Virus record (IMG/VR): IMGVR_UViG_3300031965_000076
Coordinates: 1 to 40,588 of that record
From: a virus
Lineage: Duplodnaviria; Caudoviricetes
DNA: 40,588 nt
Strand: one strand, 5' to 3'
Every line of letters starts with the position of its first letter. Position 1 is the first letter of the stretch. Shown piece after piece: positions 17,197 to 25,574 of this stretch. Made by a program: the position numbers and the translations under genes. The notes under the pieces were generated by a model. That model saw nothing but the letters and a program-made list of their open reading frames with translations, did not search any database and was not told the DNA's origin.

Positions 17197-17414
17197 CGCC
17201 CGGCCGCCAGGTCTGGCCGCTGCGGCAGCTTGGCGCCGGGCCTGCGCAGGTACCAGGCGTAGAAGGCGCGGGTGAGGCTGGCGGCGTCCGTGCCCTCGAC
17301 CTTGGCCGTCTCGGTGATCTCCAGCCACAGGTCGTCCGCGATGCGGATGCCTCGCTTCGGTGTGGTTCCGGTGGTGACCGGTCGCCCCGGTGGCTGCTTC
17401 CCTGTCTCGCTCAT
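17193..17414 (-). CDS. Ribbon-helix-helix DNA-binding protein
   Basis: 73 aa; TPKRGIRIADDLW...GTDAASLTRAFYAWYLRRPGAKLP; leaderless ATG. Confidence 0.8.
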   Translation of the reverse strand: MSETGKQPPGRPVTTGTTPKRGIRIADDLWLEITETAKVEGTDAASLTRAFYAWYLRRPGAKLPQRPDLAAGR

Positions 17415-17420
17415 GCCCTT

Positions 17421-17515
17421 ACTGTACCCCCACCAACCCCCAGGGCGCAAGCATTAATGTTCCCCCAGAAATCTCGCTCCACCTCTTGCGTTGCCTGGGT
17501 TCGTGGGGGTACACT
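17421..17515. promoter_or_regulatory. Mirror-image divergent sigma70-type promoters with a shared operator
   Basis: Minus strand TTGCGC-18-TACAGT-6-ATG; plus strand TTGCGT-18-TACACT; both contain GTGGGGGTACA. Confidence 0.75.
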
Positions 17516-17551
17516 TATTACATAAGGGAGAACGAGACAGGGGAGATCGAG

Positions 17552-17791
17552 ATGACGATGACACGGACCGAGAAAGCCACCCACCAGGAAATCCTCGCCA
17601 ACGAAGGCCTGGCCGGAGTCGCCGCCGAGTTCGCCAGCCCCACCGAGATCCGCCGCCGCGGAGGCCGCCGCAAGATGCGCCGCAGCGAGTACATCGTCTT
17701 CCGGATGCGCCGGGGCTTCCGGGACGCGGAGCTGGCATGGGAGCTCTACAACACGGCCCGCCGCTACCGCCGCCGCCCGGTCCGGCGGTAA
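17552..17791 (+). CDS. Small Arg-rich hypothetical protein
   Basis: 79 aa; GGGGAG RBS; downstream of the rightward promoter. Confidence 0.7.
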   Translation: MTMTRTEKATHQEILANEGLAGVAAEFASPTEIRRRGGRRKMRRSEYIVFRMRRGFRDAELAWELYNTARRYRRRPVRR

Positions 17792-17794
17792 CCC

Positions 17795-17817
17795 GCCCGG
17801 GGGTGGCGCCCCCGGGC
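17795..17817. terminator. Hairpin between convergent genes
   Basis: GCCCGGGGG-TGGCG-CCCCCGGGC. Confidence 0.55.
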
Positions 17818-17852
17818 ACGCCGGGCTTAGAGAGCGCTCTCTCGGCCCGGCC

Positions 17853-18071
17853 CTATTCGCCCTCGGGATCCTCGGCCAGCCCCGGCCGCCGCGCCTTGAT
17901 CCACGCCTCAATGTCTTCAGCCAGCCAGATCCGCCCCATCGCCAGATAATCGACGGCCGGGTCCGGAAAGCCCTTCGCGTTGATCAGCACCGCGGTGTGC
18001 TGGCGGGAGTAGCCCAACCTCTCACGGATCTCCTGCTGACCCATGAGCCGCGGGATCCGCCGATCTGCCAT
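17853..18071 (-). CDS. AlpA/excisionase-like HTH protein
   Basis: 72 aa; LMGQQEIRERLGYSRQ...GFPDP...GRIWLAEDIEAW. Confidence 0.8.
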   Translation of the reverse strand: MADRRIPRLMGQQEIRERLGYSRQHTAVLINAKGFPDPAVDYLAMGRIWLAEDIEAWIKARRPGLAEDPEGE

Positions 18072-18257
18072 GACTCGGACGCTATGTGCCGATTACCTGA
18101 CGGGATGACTTATGGTTCATCACCTGTCACCACGACATGTCTGTGCGTAAGATTCCTGGCGATAGCGGCCGGGGCCTCACCCAAGGGCGGCCACCCGCGG
18201 CCCCGGCCCGCTGTCCCGCCGACATCCGCCGGCGGCCTCAGGGTGAGAGGCACAGCG

Positions 18258-18482
18258 ATGAGAGATCCGTATCCGACGCACGGCAAGCGCCACCGCTGGT
18301 GGGCGCCATGGCGGACGTACTGCCGGTGCGGCATGGACGCATACCCGTGCGCCGCCGAGAGGGCCCGGCGCGCGGTGAGCGAGCGCGCCGCCCGCGCCGC
18401 CGCCGTCACCTACACCGCCGGTCGGCAGTACGCGCAGCAGTGGCGGGACGTCGAGCGCCGCCGCTGGTCGGGGCGTGCGTGA
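18258..18482 (+). CDS. Hypothetical protein with a CRCG...PC motif
   Basis: 74 aa; GAGAGG RBS; divergent from the AlpA-like gene. Confidence 0.55.
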   Translation: MRDPYPTHGKRHRWWAPWRTYCRCGMDAYPCAAERARRAVSERAARAAAVTYTAGRQYAQQWRDVERRRWSGRA

Positions 18483-18841
18483 TGGCCGGGCTACCGGCGC
18501 GCGGCGAGCGCGTCACGATCCTGTGGCCCGGCGGGCAGTACGACTTCGTGATGGACGTCCGGGACGTACAGCAGCACCAGGGCGGGTGGGTGCTGCTGCA
18601 CGGCGTCGTGGTCGAGCCGTACCGGGCCGTCCGCGACTTCTACGTGCGGCCGGCCGACGGCGGGTTCTCGCTGGCGCCAAAGCTGTTGCACACGCCTCCG
18701 TCCGTGACCGGCGCAACGGCGGCCACCCCGCACGTGCCCGGGCAGCGGTGCTACGGCACCCCGGACCCCGAGGACGGCACCTGCGGATGGCGCGGACCCC
18801 ACGGCGAGCACCCGCTCGACGTCGAGCCGGCGCGGAGCTGA
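18482..18841 (+). CDS. Hypothetical protein
   Basis: 119 aa, TGATG-coupled; C-terminal C..C...HGEH metal-binding-like motif. Confidence 0.55.
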   Translation: MAGLPARGERVTILWPGGQYDFVMDVRDVQQHQGGWVLLHGVVVEPYRAVRDFYVRPADGGFSLAPKLLHTPPSVTGATAATPHVPGQRCYGTPDPEDGTCGWRGPHGEHPLDVEPARS

Positions 18842-18842
18842 C

Positions 18843-19334
18843 TCAGCGGATGCTGGTGATCTGACACCGGCCCGTCGGCGCGCCGGCGTCGAGCAGCGTC
18901 GTCTCCTCGGTCCGGACCGTATCGCCCGGGGCGACGTTGCGGACCCGCGCCGTGTCGGTGTCGATGCGGGCTCCGCTGCTGTCGCGGTACTCGATGCCGA
19001 TCGTCACCGACCGGGTGCGGTCGCCGTTGTTCGTGACCGTGAGGCCGACCTTCGCCGACGGCAGCGAGTCCGAGCCGGTGAACTCGCACGACGTCATGGT
19101 CACGCTGAGGTCGTCGTCGGCGGCCGTGCCGGCCTTCAGGCCGCCGGTCAGCGCGACGATGCCGAAGAGGGCCAGGCCGACGGCGACGATGACCAGGATG
19201 ATGCCGGGGCCGCGGAGCCAGAACGCCGTCTTCGACTTCGCCGCCTGCGCCGGCGGGCCTCCGGGCGGCGGTGGGCTGTACGCGTAGGGGGTGGGTTGCG
19301 GCTGGCCGGGGACGATCGGCGGCTGAGTCATCAC
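18843..19334 (-). CDS. Single-pass membrane protein with an extracytoplasmic Ig-like domain
   Basis: Pro-rich N-terminus, TM helix, VTNNGD...IEYRDSSG...NVAPG domain with two Cys; near the immunity cassette. Confidence 0.75.
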   Translation of the reverse strand: MMTQPPIVPGQPQPTPYAYSPPPPGGPPAQAAKSKTAFWLRGPGIILVIVAVGLALFGIVALTGGLKAGTAADDDLSVTMTSCEFTGSDSLPSAKVGLTVTNNGDRTRSVTIGIEYRDSSGARIDTDTARVRNVAPGDTVRTEETTLLDAGAPTGRCQITSIR

Positions 19335-19552
19335 GGTGTCCTTCGCATGTGGAGGGTGCGGTCGCAGTGTTCGCGCTGAGTCGCTAGATCACAACGGGCC
19401 GTGGCCAATGTGGGCCGGATGGGTGATGCGGGTGTGGCGGGAGGGCCGAGCCCGGAGCGGCGGACCACCCACCCGATGCCGTAACGGATGATGCATTCTG
19501 CAGTTACCGGGCGGTTAACTCGAAGATCTCTCACGACTCGGGGGAAGACCAC

Positions 19553-19864
19553 GTGATCACCGCCGTCATCTACATACCCATCGCCCTACTGTCCGCCGGC
19601 CACTACACCGACGCCCTCGCCCGCTGCCACGCCTACTGCGCCCGCTGTGGCTACACCGTCATCGGCATCGCCCGCACCTGGGAGGAGGTCGAGGAGGCGT
19701 ACGCCCGCCGCGACATCGGCGTGCTGGTCGTCGACCGGCCCGACCACCTCGACCCGAACCGGGAACCCCGGATCGAGGTGGCCACCACCGGCGGCCCGGC
19801 CGCCGCCGAACCGCGCAACAGCGGGCCCGTCGCCCGCAAGCAGCGCCGGGCCAACCGGCTCTAG
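19553..19864 (+). CDS. Stand-alone resolvase-like domain lacking the catalytic Ser
   Basis: AVIYIP...C.AYC...GYTV...VLVVDRPDHL resembles the serine-recombinase catalytic fold but has no YxRxS. Confidence 0.5.
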   Translation: MITAVIYIPIALLSAGHYTDALARCHAYCARCGYTVIGIARTWEEVEEAYARRDIGVLVVDRPDHLDPNREPRIEVATTGGPAAAEPRNSGPVARKQRRANRL

Positions 19865-20709
19865 GCGGCGCGCATCCCGGCGACCGCCTGGTCCATCGCC
19901 TCGTCGCCGACCTCGACGTAGATCTGCGTGGTCGCCGGCGAGGCATGGCCCAAGAGCTGCTGCACGGCCAGCAGGTTGTTGGTCGTCGCGTACGCCTCCG
20001 TGCCGTACGTCGACCGCAGCCGGTGCATGTGCACCCCGGCCAGGCCCAGGGTCTTCTGCAGCCGGTAGTTGCCGCGGTGGCTGATCTGCTCCCGGGTCAG
20101 CCGCTCACCTCGGTGCCGCCCCCGGTACTCGACCGCGACCGGGCCGGGCGGCAACTGCTGGGCGAGTTCCCAGATCACCGGGTGGGTCGGCACCAGGCGC
20201 TGCTTGTCGCCCTTGCCGTGCAGCAGGGTGCGCCGTTCGCCGATGTGCTCCCGGTCGAGGTTGGAGATCTCGGTACACCGGGCGCCGGCCAGCGCGGCGA
20301 TGAGGAACCAGTCCCGGTAGGGGCGGGCCGCGCGGGCGAGGATGTCGATCTTCTGCTCGGTGGCGACCGGGTTGGGCCGACCCTTCGGTGCGGCGACCCG
20401 GGGCAGCATCCCGGCCGGGTTGAAGTCCAGGTGCTCGCAGGCAGGGTCGCAGGCCCAGCCGAAGAAGCCGCGGGCGACGGTGCGGCACAGCTTGCGGTAG
20501 GCCTTGCCGTGCCCGTCGACGTAGATCCACGCCTTGAGCTCGTCGTGGTTGGCGGAGACGAGCCCGTAGGGCAGGTCGCGGTCCATGCGCCGGAGCACGT
20601 CGAGGTAGGTGCCGATGGTGCTGGCCGCGCGGCACAGGTCGCGTAGATGCTGGGCGTATTCATCGATGAGGTTGATCCCGTGGGCCGGTCGAGTGGTTAC
20701 GGTGTCCAT
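19861..20709 (-). CDS. int: Tyrosine integrase (short, no N-terminal arm-binding domain)
   Basis: GARCTEI (R), GKGDK (K), HRLR, LLGH and TTQIY (Y); GAGGAG RBS before ATG 20709 (alternative GTG at 20784). Confidence 0.93.
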   Translation of the reverse strand: MDTVTTRPAHGINLIDEYAQHLRDLCRAASTIGTYLDVLRRMDRDLPYGLVSANHDELKAWIYVDGHGKAYRKLCRTVARGFFGWACDPACEHLDFNPAGMLPRVAAPKGRPNPVATEQKIDILARAARPYRDWFLIAALAGARCTEISNLDREHIGERRTLLHGKGDKQRLVPTHPVIWELAQQLPPGPVAVEYRGRHRGERLTREQISHRGNYRLQKTLGLAGVHMHRLRSTYGTEAYATTNNLLAVQQLLGHASPATTQIYVEVGDEAMDQAVAGMRAA

Positions 20710-20796
20710 GGGTCGCAGCTCCTCTGCGGTCAAGGGCTCCGGGTGGTGTGGCGACACTGGCCGGGGCCCGCTTGAGGTGGTCACTCGATCGTGGTC

Positions 20797-21255
20797 TCAG
20801 GGCTCTCGCCTGGGCGTCGACCGTGCGGGTGGCCTGGTGGGTGAGGGCCTGCGCAGGTTTGCCGGGATGGCGGATACCGGTCGGGTGGTGTCGCGCCGGC
20901 CGTGGCTGAGTGGCCCGGTCCGGGTGGCCACATGGCTGCCGGTGCGCGGCCGAAGATCTGGTTCAACCCGAACTATCGTTTGGCTCAATCCGCCGCCCGC
21001 CCGTCCCGTGGGTCGGGACGCCTGGGCTGGGAGCAGGTCGAGCACCGAGACGCCGAGCGCGGTAGCGATGCGCTGTAGGTCCGCCAGGGTCATCTGCTGC
21101 TTGCCCCGGATCCGGCGGTAGACCCACATCTCGTTTTCGCCGAGCAGCCTGGCCATCTCTGCCTGGGTCTTCTCGTTGCGGCCCATCCATGCGCGGATCT
21201 CCGCAGCCACGCCTGTGTTGAGCGGAACCTCACGCCCCGTGTGCGCCATCGTCAT
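20797..21255 (-). CDS. Immunity repressor (XRE HTH) with a long disordered C-terminal tail
   Basis: AEIRAWMGR..KTQAEMARLLG...MTLADLQRIATALGV; upstream of int and divergent from Cro. Confidence 0.85.
   Translation of the reverse strand: MTMAHTGREVPLNTGVAAEIRAWMGRNEKTQAEMARLLGENEMWVYRRIRGKQQMTLADLQRIATALGVSVLDLLPAQASRPTGRAGGGLSQTIVRVEPDLRPRTGSHVATRTGPLSHGRRDTTRPVSAIPANLRRPSPTRPPARSTPRREP
20960..20990. other. Candidate attP core inside the repressor gene
   Basis: AT-richer island with imperfect 11-6-11 symmetry TTCAACCCGAA-CTATCG-TTTGGCTCAAT, just after the HTH-coding part. Confidence 0.4.
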
Positions 21256-21357
21256 AAGGGCATAGTTGCTCACACACGGGGTGATAGTCAACAGGTCACG
21301 GAGAGATGTGACCACGTCATGTTGACATCTAACGTGTGGCGTGAGAATGTTCAACCC
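21256..21357. promoter_or_regulatory. Lysis/lysogeny switch with divergent leaderless promoters and operators
   Basis: Plus strand TTGACA(21322)-17-GAATGT-7-ATG; minus strand TTGACT-18-AACTAT-6-ATG; TCAC-N7/8-GTGA palindromes at about 21270-21284 and 21294-21313, plus a degenerate copy at 21330-21344. Confidence 0.7.
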
Positions 21358-21588
21358 ATGAGCGAGATCCCAACGTACCAGGATGCGGCGGCCGCGGAAG
21401 TCCGCGCCGTCATGGCGCGAGAACGCGTCACCCAGGTCGACCTCGCCGCGCGCCTCAACGTCCGGACGGCGTGGCTCCACCGGCGACTTGCCGGGGCCAC
21501 CCCGATCTCGATCAACGAGCTGGCCGACATCGCCACGGCGCTGAAGGTTCCGGTCTCGGATCTGATCCCGGCGGAGCGCGTGGCATGA
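21358..21588 (+). CDS. cro: Cro-like XRE HTH protein
   Basis: 76 aa; AEVRAVMARERVTQVDLAARL...ELADIATALKV; first early gene. Confidence 0.85.
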   Translation: MSEIPTYQDAAAAEVRAVMARERVTQVDLAARLNVRTAWLHRRLAGATPISINELADIATALKVPVSDLIPAERVA

Positions 21589-22016
21589 CCGACTACCCGT
21601 GCGGAACCGGCCCCAACGTGCCCACCGAGATGCAGCTCTTCTTCCGCCACCGCGAGGCGTCGCTGGCGCTCGCCGACCTGATTTCGATGATCGCCGCCGA
21701 GGACGCCAAGCCCGTACTCGCGAAGATGCTCGACGCGGTCGTGGTCCGACGCTCGCCGGACAAGTCAGCGTTCGGGCTCGGCTACCTGACCGGCCTCCTC
21801 ACGAGCTACATCGCTTCTTGGATCCCATCCGAGGATGGCGGGCCGGGGCTGCGCCGGGCCTCGCGTGGCGAGATGTGGAGCGCAATCGAGCTGTGGTACG
21901 CCGATGCAAGTCCGGCCGTCGTCGTGTACGTCCTCGGACAGGCCGGGATTGAGGCGGGCAACAAGTCTGCCGACCACGCACAGAACTACGCGCTCAGCCT
22001 GGAGCGTCCGTCATGA
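21585..22016 (+). CDS. Hypothetical protein
   Basis: 143 aa, ATGA-coupled. Confidence 0.65.
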   Translation: MTDYPCGTGPNVPTEMQLFFRHREASLALADLISMIAAEDAKPVLAKMLDAVVVRRSPDKSAFGLGYLTGLLTSYIASWIPSEDGGPGLRRASRGEMWSAIELWYADASPAVVVYVLGQAGIEAGNKSADHAQNYALSLERPS

Positions 22017-22819
22017 CGGACGTCGCTACCGTCGCATCGGACCTCACGGCTGAGCAGGCACGCGAGTCCGTCGAGCAGACCAAGCGCGGCCTGGAGGCTG
22101 CGGCCAACGAGATCGTGCGGCAGATCAACGGCCGCGCCTGGATCTCCCTCGGCTATCAGTCATGGGACGAGATGCGCGAGGCCGAATACAGCGGCGCCGC
22201 AGTGATCGTGCCGCGCGCCGACCGGCCACAACTGTCCGCCCGACTGGCCGCTGAGGGGCTGAGCCAGAAGCAGATCAGCGAGACGCTCGGGGTGTCGCAG
22301 GCGACCGTATCCGGTGACCTTCGAGACGTCATCAATTCTGATAACGCGGAGAGTGAAGGCCCGGCCACCCGCCCGGACGCGCTGGGTCGCGAGCAGCCCC
22401 GGGCCAAGCCTCGGCTGCCAGAGCCCACAGACCACCCGGAACCTTCCTCGGGTGAGGGCCGGTCGGCCGGCCTCCCGCCTGCTGTTGGCGCAGCAGGCGA
22501 AAGCCGCGACGGTGCTGAGAACACCGCCGAGGCAGCCGACGAACTTCCGGCCGACCGTCTCGCCGAGCTGGATGACGAGCTGGACGCCGAGATGGAAGGC
22601 ACGGTGACGCGGTTCAGGAAGAACTTCTCCGCCGTGCTGGCCCGCTCCGACGACATCTGGCAGTTCGAGCCTGAGCGCGTCGCCGAGGTCTACGCGGTCG
22701 AGTTCGACCATGCGATCCGCCCCTTCCTGCAAGAGATGAACCGCTGGTGCGAACAGGTCGCGGCGGCACATCGCCGCCAGTCGTCCGGGCTTCGCGTCGT
22801 GACCGGAGGCATGCGGTGA
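22013..22819 (+). CDS. HTH DNA-binding protein with an RAWxxLGYxSW N-terminal module
   Basis: 268 aa; GLSQKQISETLGVSQATVSGD HTH. Confidence 0.75.
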   Translation: MTDVATVASDLTAEQARESVEQTKRGLEAAANEIVRQINGRAWISLGYQSWDEMREAEYSGAAVIVPRADRPQLSARLAAEGLSQKQISETLGVSQATVSGDLRDVINSDNAESEGPATRPDALGREQPRAKPRLPEPTDHPEPSSGEGRSAGLPPAVGAAGESRDGAENTAEAADELPADRLAELDDELDAEMEGTVTRFRKNFSAVLARSDDIWQFEPERVAEVYAVEFDHAIRPFLQEMNRWCEQVAAAHRRQSSGLRVVTGGMR

Positions 22820-23334
22820 ACGAGCCCTACTGGAATCTGGTCCGCCAGCTCGTGGAATCCGGCCAGGAGCAGAACAGGCCGAAGCACGAGATAAGCGCCG
22901 CCATCGCCCGGCGCGTCTACGAGGCCATCGACACCGACGAGCCGTGGGCCGGCGAGGTCGTGGCGCGGTGGGCACAGGGCGGCGCGGCCAAGGACTACAC
23001 CGAGGTCTTCAAGGACATGAACCTCGTCACCTACATCCGCAAGGACGGGCGACGGACCCGCAAGACGACGGCGTACTCCCGGCCTATGCGCGCCAGTGAT
23101 GACGGCGCCATCGTCGGCCGGCAGATGCAGGCGTGGTGGGGGATGTCCCGCGCCATGATCTTCGAGCTGCGCGCCGACCTCGCCGGCCAGGACGAGCGGC
23201 TGCGTGAAACCGTCGAAATGCTCGACCTGATCGGCGCCGCGATGGACCGGCACCCGGAGTGCGCGACGGCTGCGGAGGCCTGGGAAGCCGACGGCCACGA
23301 CCTCGGCGAGATCGACCTGGCCGGTGTGGCGTGA
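22816..23334 (+). CDS. Hypothetical protein
   Basis: 172 aa; GGAGG RBS; GTGA-coupled. Confidence 0.7.
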   Translation: MNEPYWNLVRQLVESGQEQNRPKHEISAAIARRVYEAIDTDEPWAGEVVARWAQGGAAKDYTEVFKDMNLVTYIRKDGRRTRKTTAYSRPMRASDDGAIVGRQMQAWWGMSRAMIFELRADLAGQDERLRETVEMLDLIGAAMDRHPECATAAEAWEADGHDLGEIDLAGVA

Positions 23335-23846
23335 ACACTCCTCCTACTCCCGGGACGGCTGCCGCTGCGCACTGTCCGTCGGCCGTCCCGGGCATCAACC
23401 CGCTCGCCCCGCTGCCCCGCCTCGGTGAGGTGATCCGCGACGCCGAGGTCCTGGGCGCGCAGCTCCTGGCTGTGCTGTCCCGCGACGTCGATCCGGCGTC
23501 GGAGCCGGATCTGCTGGCGTGGCCTGAGGTCAACGCCGAGGTGCTGGTGCACCGCCTGTGGCTGGCCCACGCGGTCGCCGGTGTGGAGCACGCGCTGCGC
23601 AGGCTGGCGGCGGTCTCGACCTTGCCGGTCGGTGCGCCGGTGAAGACCACCCGTCTGGACACGGGTGAGGAGCCGACGCCCGGCTCTGCCGTCGCTCTTG
23701 GCGGAGCGGCGCGTGAAAGCACCGGTGCTGTGGTGGCTCCCGGTGCAGGCGCGAACTCCGGTCCCTCGCCGCGTCGCGCGATCACTGAGCCGTATGGCAC
23801 CGGCGTCAGGCGAGGGGCCGGGCCGGGCGTGCTGGGGCCGTCGTGA
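23331..23846 (+). CDS. Hypothetical protein
   Basis: 171 aa, GTGA-coupled; low-complexity C-terminus. Confidence 0.5.
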   Translation: MNTPPTPGTAAAAHCPSAVPGINPLAPLPRLGEVIRDAEVLGAQLLAVLSRDVDPASEPDLLAWPEVNAEVLVHRLWLAHAVAGVEHALRRLAAVSTLPVGAPVKTTRLDTGEEPTPGSAVALGGAARESTGAVVAPGAGANSGPSPRRAITEPYGTGVRRGAGPGVLGPS

Positions 23847-23929
23847 GTAGGCCGACTCCGCCGCGTCCGGCGACTCCGAGGCCCCCGAAGCCTCCGCCGG
23901 GTCCGCCGAGGCCGACGCCGCCTGACTGA
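23843..23929 (+). CDS. 28-aa Pro/Arg-rich peptide
   Basis: GTGA-coupled ORF MSRPTPPRPATPRPPKPPPGPPRPTPPD; mostly CCG codons; below the ORF-track size cutoff. Confidence 0.5.
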   Translation: MSRPTPPRPATPRPPKPPPGPPRPTPPD

Positions 23930-24013
23930 CGTAAGGCGGGCCGTCCCGGCTCAGCTCCAGGACGGCCCGCACGCCCACCGATCAACCGTTCCCTCTGAGA
24001 AAGGCCCAGATCG

Positions 24014-25420
24014 ATGACAACCCAGACCGTACCTGCGTCCAAGCCCGCAGGCGAACTGGAGCCCGGCGACTATGTGATGGCCGAAGACCTGCACCCCGAC
24101 GCCGAGGGTGTCGGCGAGGTGCTGATCGCGAAGACGTTCGGAGCCGCCGGCCGCGAGGCCGTCTCGGTGATGGTGTCCTACGGCGACCGGTTCGAGCCGG
24201 ACTACTGCCGCCTGACCGCCGACATGCCGGTCCGGATCGCTTCCGACGAAGCCGTCCAGGCCGCGAAGGACACGGCGCGCCGAGACCTGGCCGCGGAGCG
24301 CCTGCGTGAGCTGGCGGTGCTGATCGGCGACAAGAAGCTGCCGCTGCCCGGCCGGTATCACGACATGACCGTGAGGTTCGGCTTCGGTAGCGACGCCGGG
24401 CTGGTCGACGAGGTTGCTAAGGCGCTCGGTGTCGAGACCACCGACCGGTTCGGCCAGTATGCCGTCGAGTGGCCGCCGTCCTCTGGTGACGGTGAGCTGA
24501 CCGCTGTCTGGTCGGCGTACTCGCCGAAGAAGGCCGCGCCGAAGCCGGACCCGACCGGCCACGGCTTCTCCCGCGAGCCGGACGAGGTCACGCCCGAGGG
24601 ACGGATCCCGGCGCATGACGGCTTCGCCGACAAGGAGGGCCTGACCATCGTGCCGCTCACCGACGGCGGCGCGCTGGTCACCGACCCGGACGAGCCTGGG
24701 CTGATCGTCGGTGACACGGCCGACGAGCAGCGCGACAACGCGTACGCGGCCTACGAGCGCGACGAGGCCGAGGCGCCGGCGAGCGGCCTCACGTCGGCGG
24801 CCGACCAGTCTCGCGGCAAGCTGGCCGGCACCACGCCGGTCGTCACCTACTTCTCCTTCGGGCACGGCCAGACCGATCCCCGCGACGGCAAGCGGCTGCT
24901 CGACCACTACGCGACCGTGGTCGCGCCGACGTACGAGGCGTGCCGGGAGGCGATGCTCGCGAGCCGGTTCGGTCGGGCGTGGTCGTTCGACTACCTGGCG
25001 GGCACGCCACGGGCGACCGAGTGGATTCCCCGCTGGACGGAGCACGAGGTGATCGTCGCTCCCGGCACGGACAAGGCACTGGCCGAGTCGGCATTGCTGG
25101 CGGCGCGCGATCTGGTCACCGACCCGGACGGACCGGAGTGCACGCCGACCTGCGACGCCCAGCAGGCCGACCCGTCCAAGGCGACCGGCCTCGCCCGCGG
25201 TTGGCACTCCGGCGACTGCCCGGTGCCTGTCCATCACCACGTGGCCGACGGCGGCACGGCGTGCGGCATCCCCGTTGCGGACCTCCCGGCCGCGCATGGC
25301 TACGCCACGGGCGAGGACTGGGACGTCGTCGACTGCAAGAGCTGCCGCTCGGCCTACCAGCGTCACTTCTTCGGCCTCGAAGAGTCGGCCGAGCACTACC
25401 CGAACCCGGTCGACGCCTGA
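24014..25420 (+). CDS. Large mosaic hypothetical protein
   Basis: 468 aa with several apparent domains, including YFSFGHG...RFGRAWSFDY and a C-terminal H..TACG...CKSC Zn-like motif. Confidence 0.75.
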   Translation: MTTQTVPASKPAGELEPGDYVMAEDLHPDAEGVGEVLIAKTFGAAGREAVSVMVSYGDRFEPDYCRLTADMPVRIASDEAVQAAKDTARRDLAAERLRELAVLIGDKKLPLPGRYHDMTVRFGFGSDAGLVDEVAKALGVETTDRFGQYAVEWPPSSGDGELTAVWSAYSPKKAAPKPDPTGHGFSREPDEVTPEGRIPAHDGFADKEGLTIVPLTDGGALVTDPDEPGLIVGDTADEQRDNAYAAYERDEAEAPASGLTSAADQSRGKLAGTTPVVTYFSFGHGQTDPRDGKRLLDHYATVVAPTYEACREAMLASRFGRAWSFDYLAGTPRATEWIPRWTEHEVIVAPGTDKALAESALLAARDLVTDPDGPECTPTCDAQQADPSKATGLARGWHSGDCPVPVHHHVADGGTACGIPVADLPAAHGYATGEDWDVVDCKSCRSAYQRHFFGLEESAEHYPNPVDA

Positions 25421-25505
25421 GACCTCGGCGTCCGGCCCGGTTGCAAGCCGGTCCGGCCGCCGACCGCCGAGGTTCCGGACCGGGCAGCCACGGAACCCGG
25501 CATCC

Positions 25506-25537
25506 GGGGCCGCGGGCAGGGGAGTGCCCGCGGCCCC
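25506..25537 (+). terminator. 13-bp hairpin in an early intergenic region
   Basis: GGGGCCGCGGGCA-GGGGAG-TGCCCGCGGCCCC. Confidence 0.5.
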
Positions 25538-25574
25538 ACCCCACCACCCGCACCTGCGCACGAGGGACATACAG

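Noticed and set aside
20955-20995. tRNA gene or tRNA fragment (GGTTCAA, GGCTCAATCC)
   Set aside because: No cloverleaf or acceptor stem; no tRNA gene was seen anywhere in the window.
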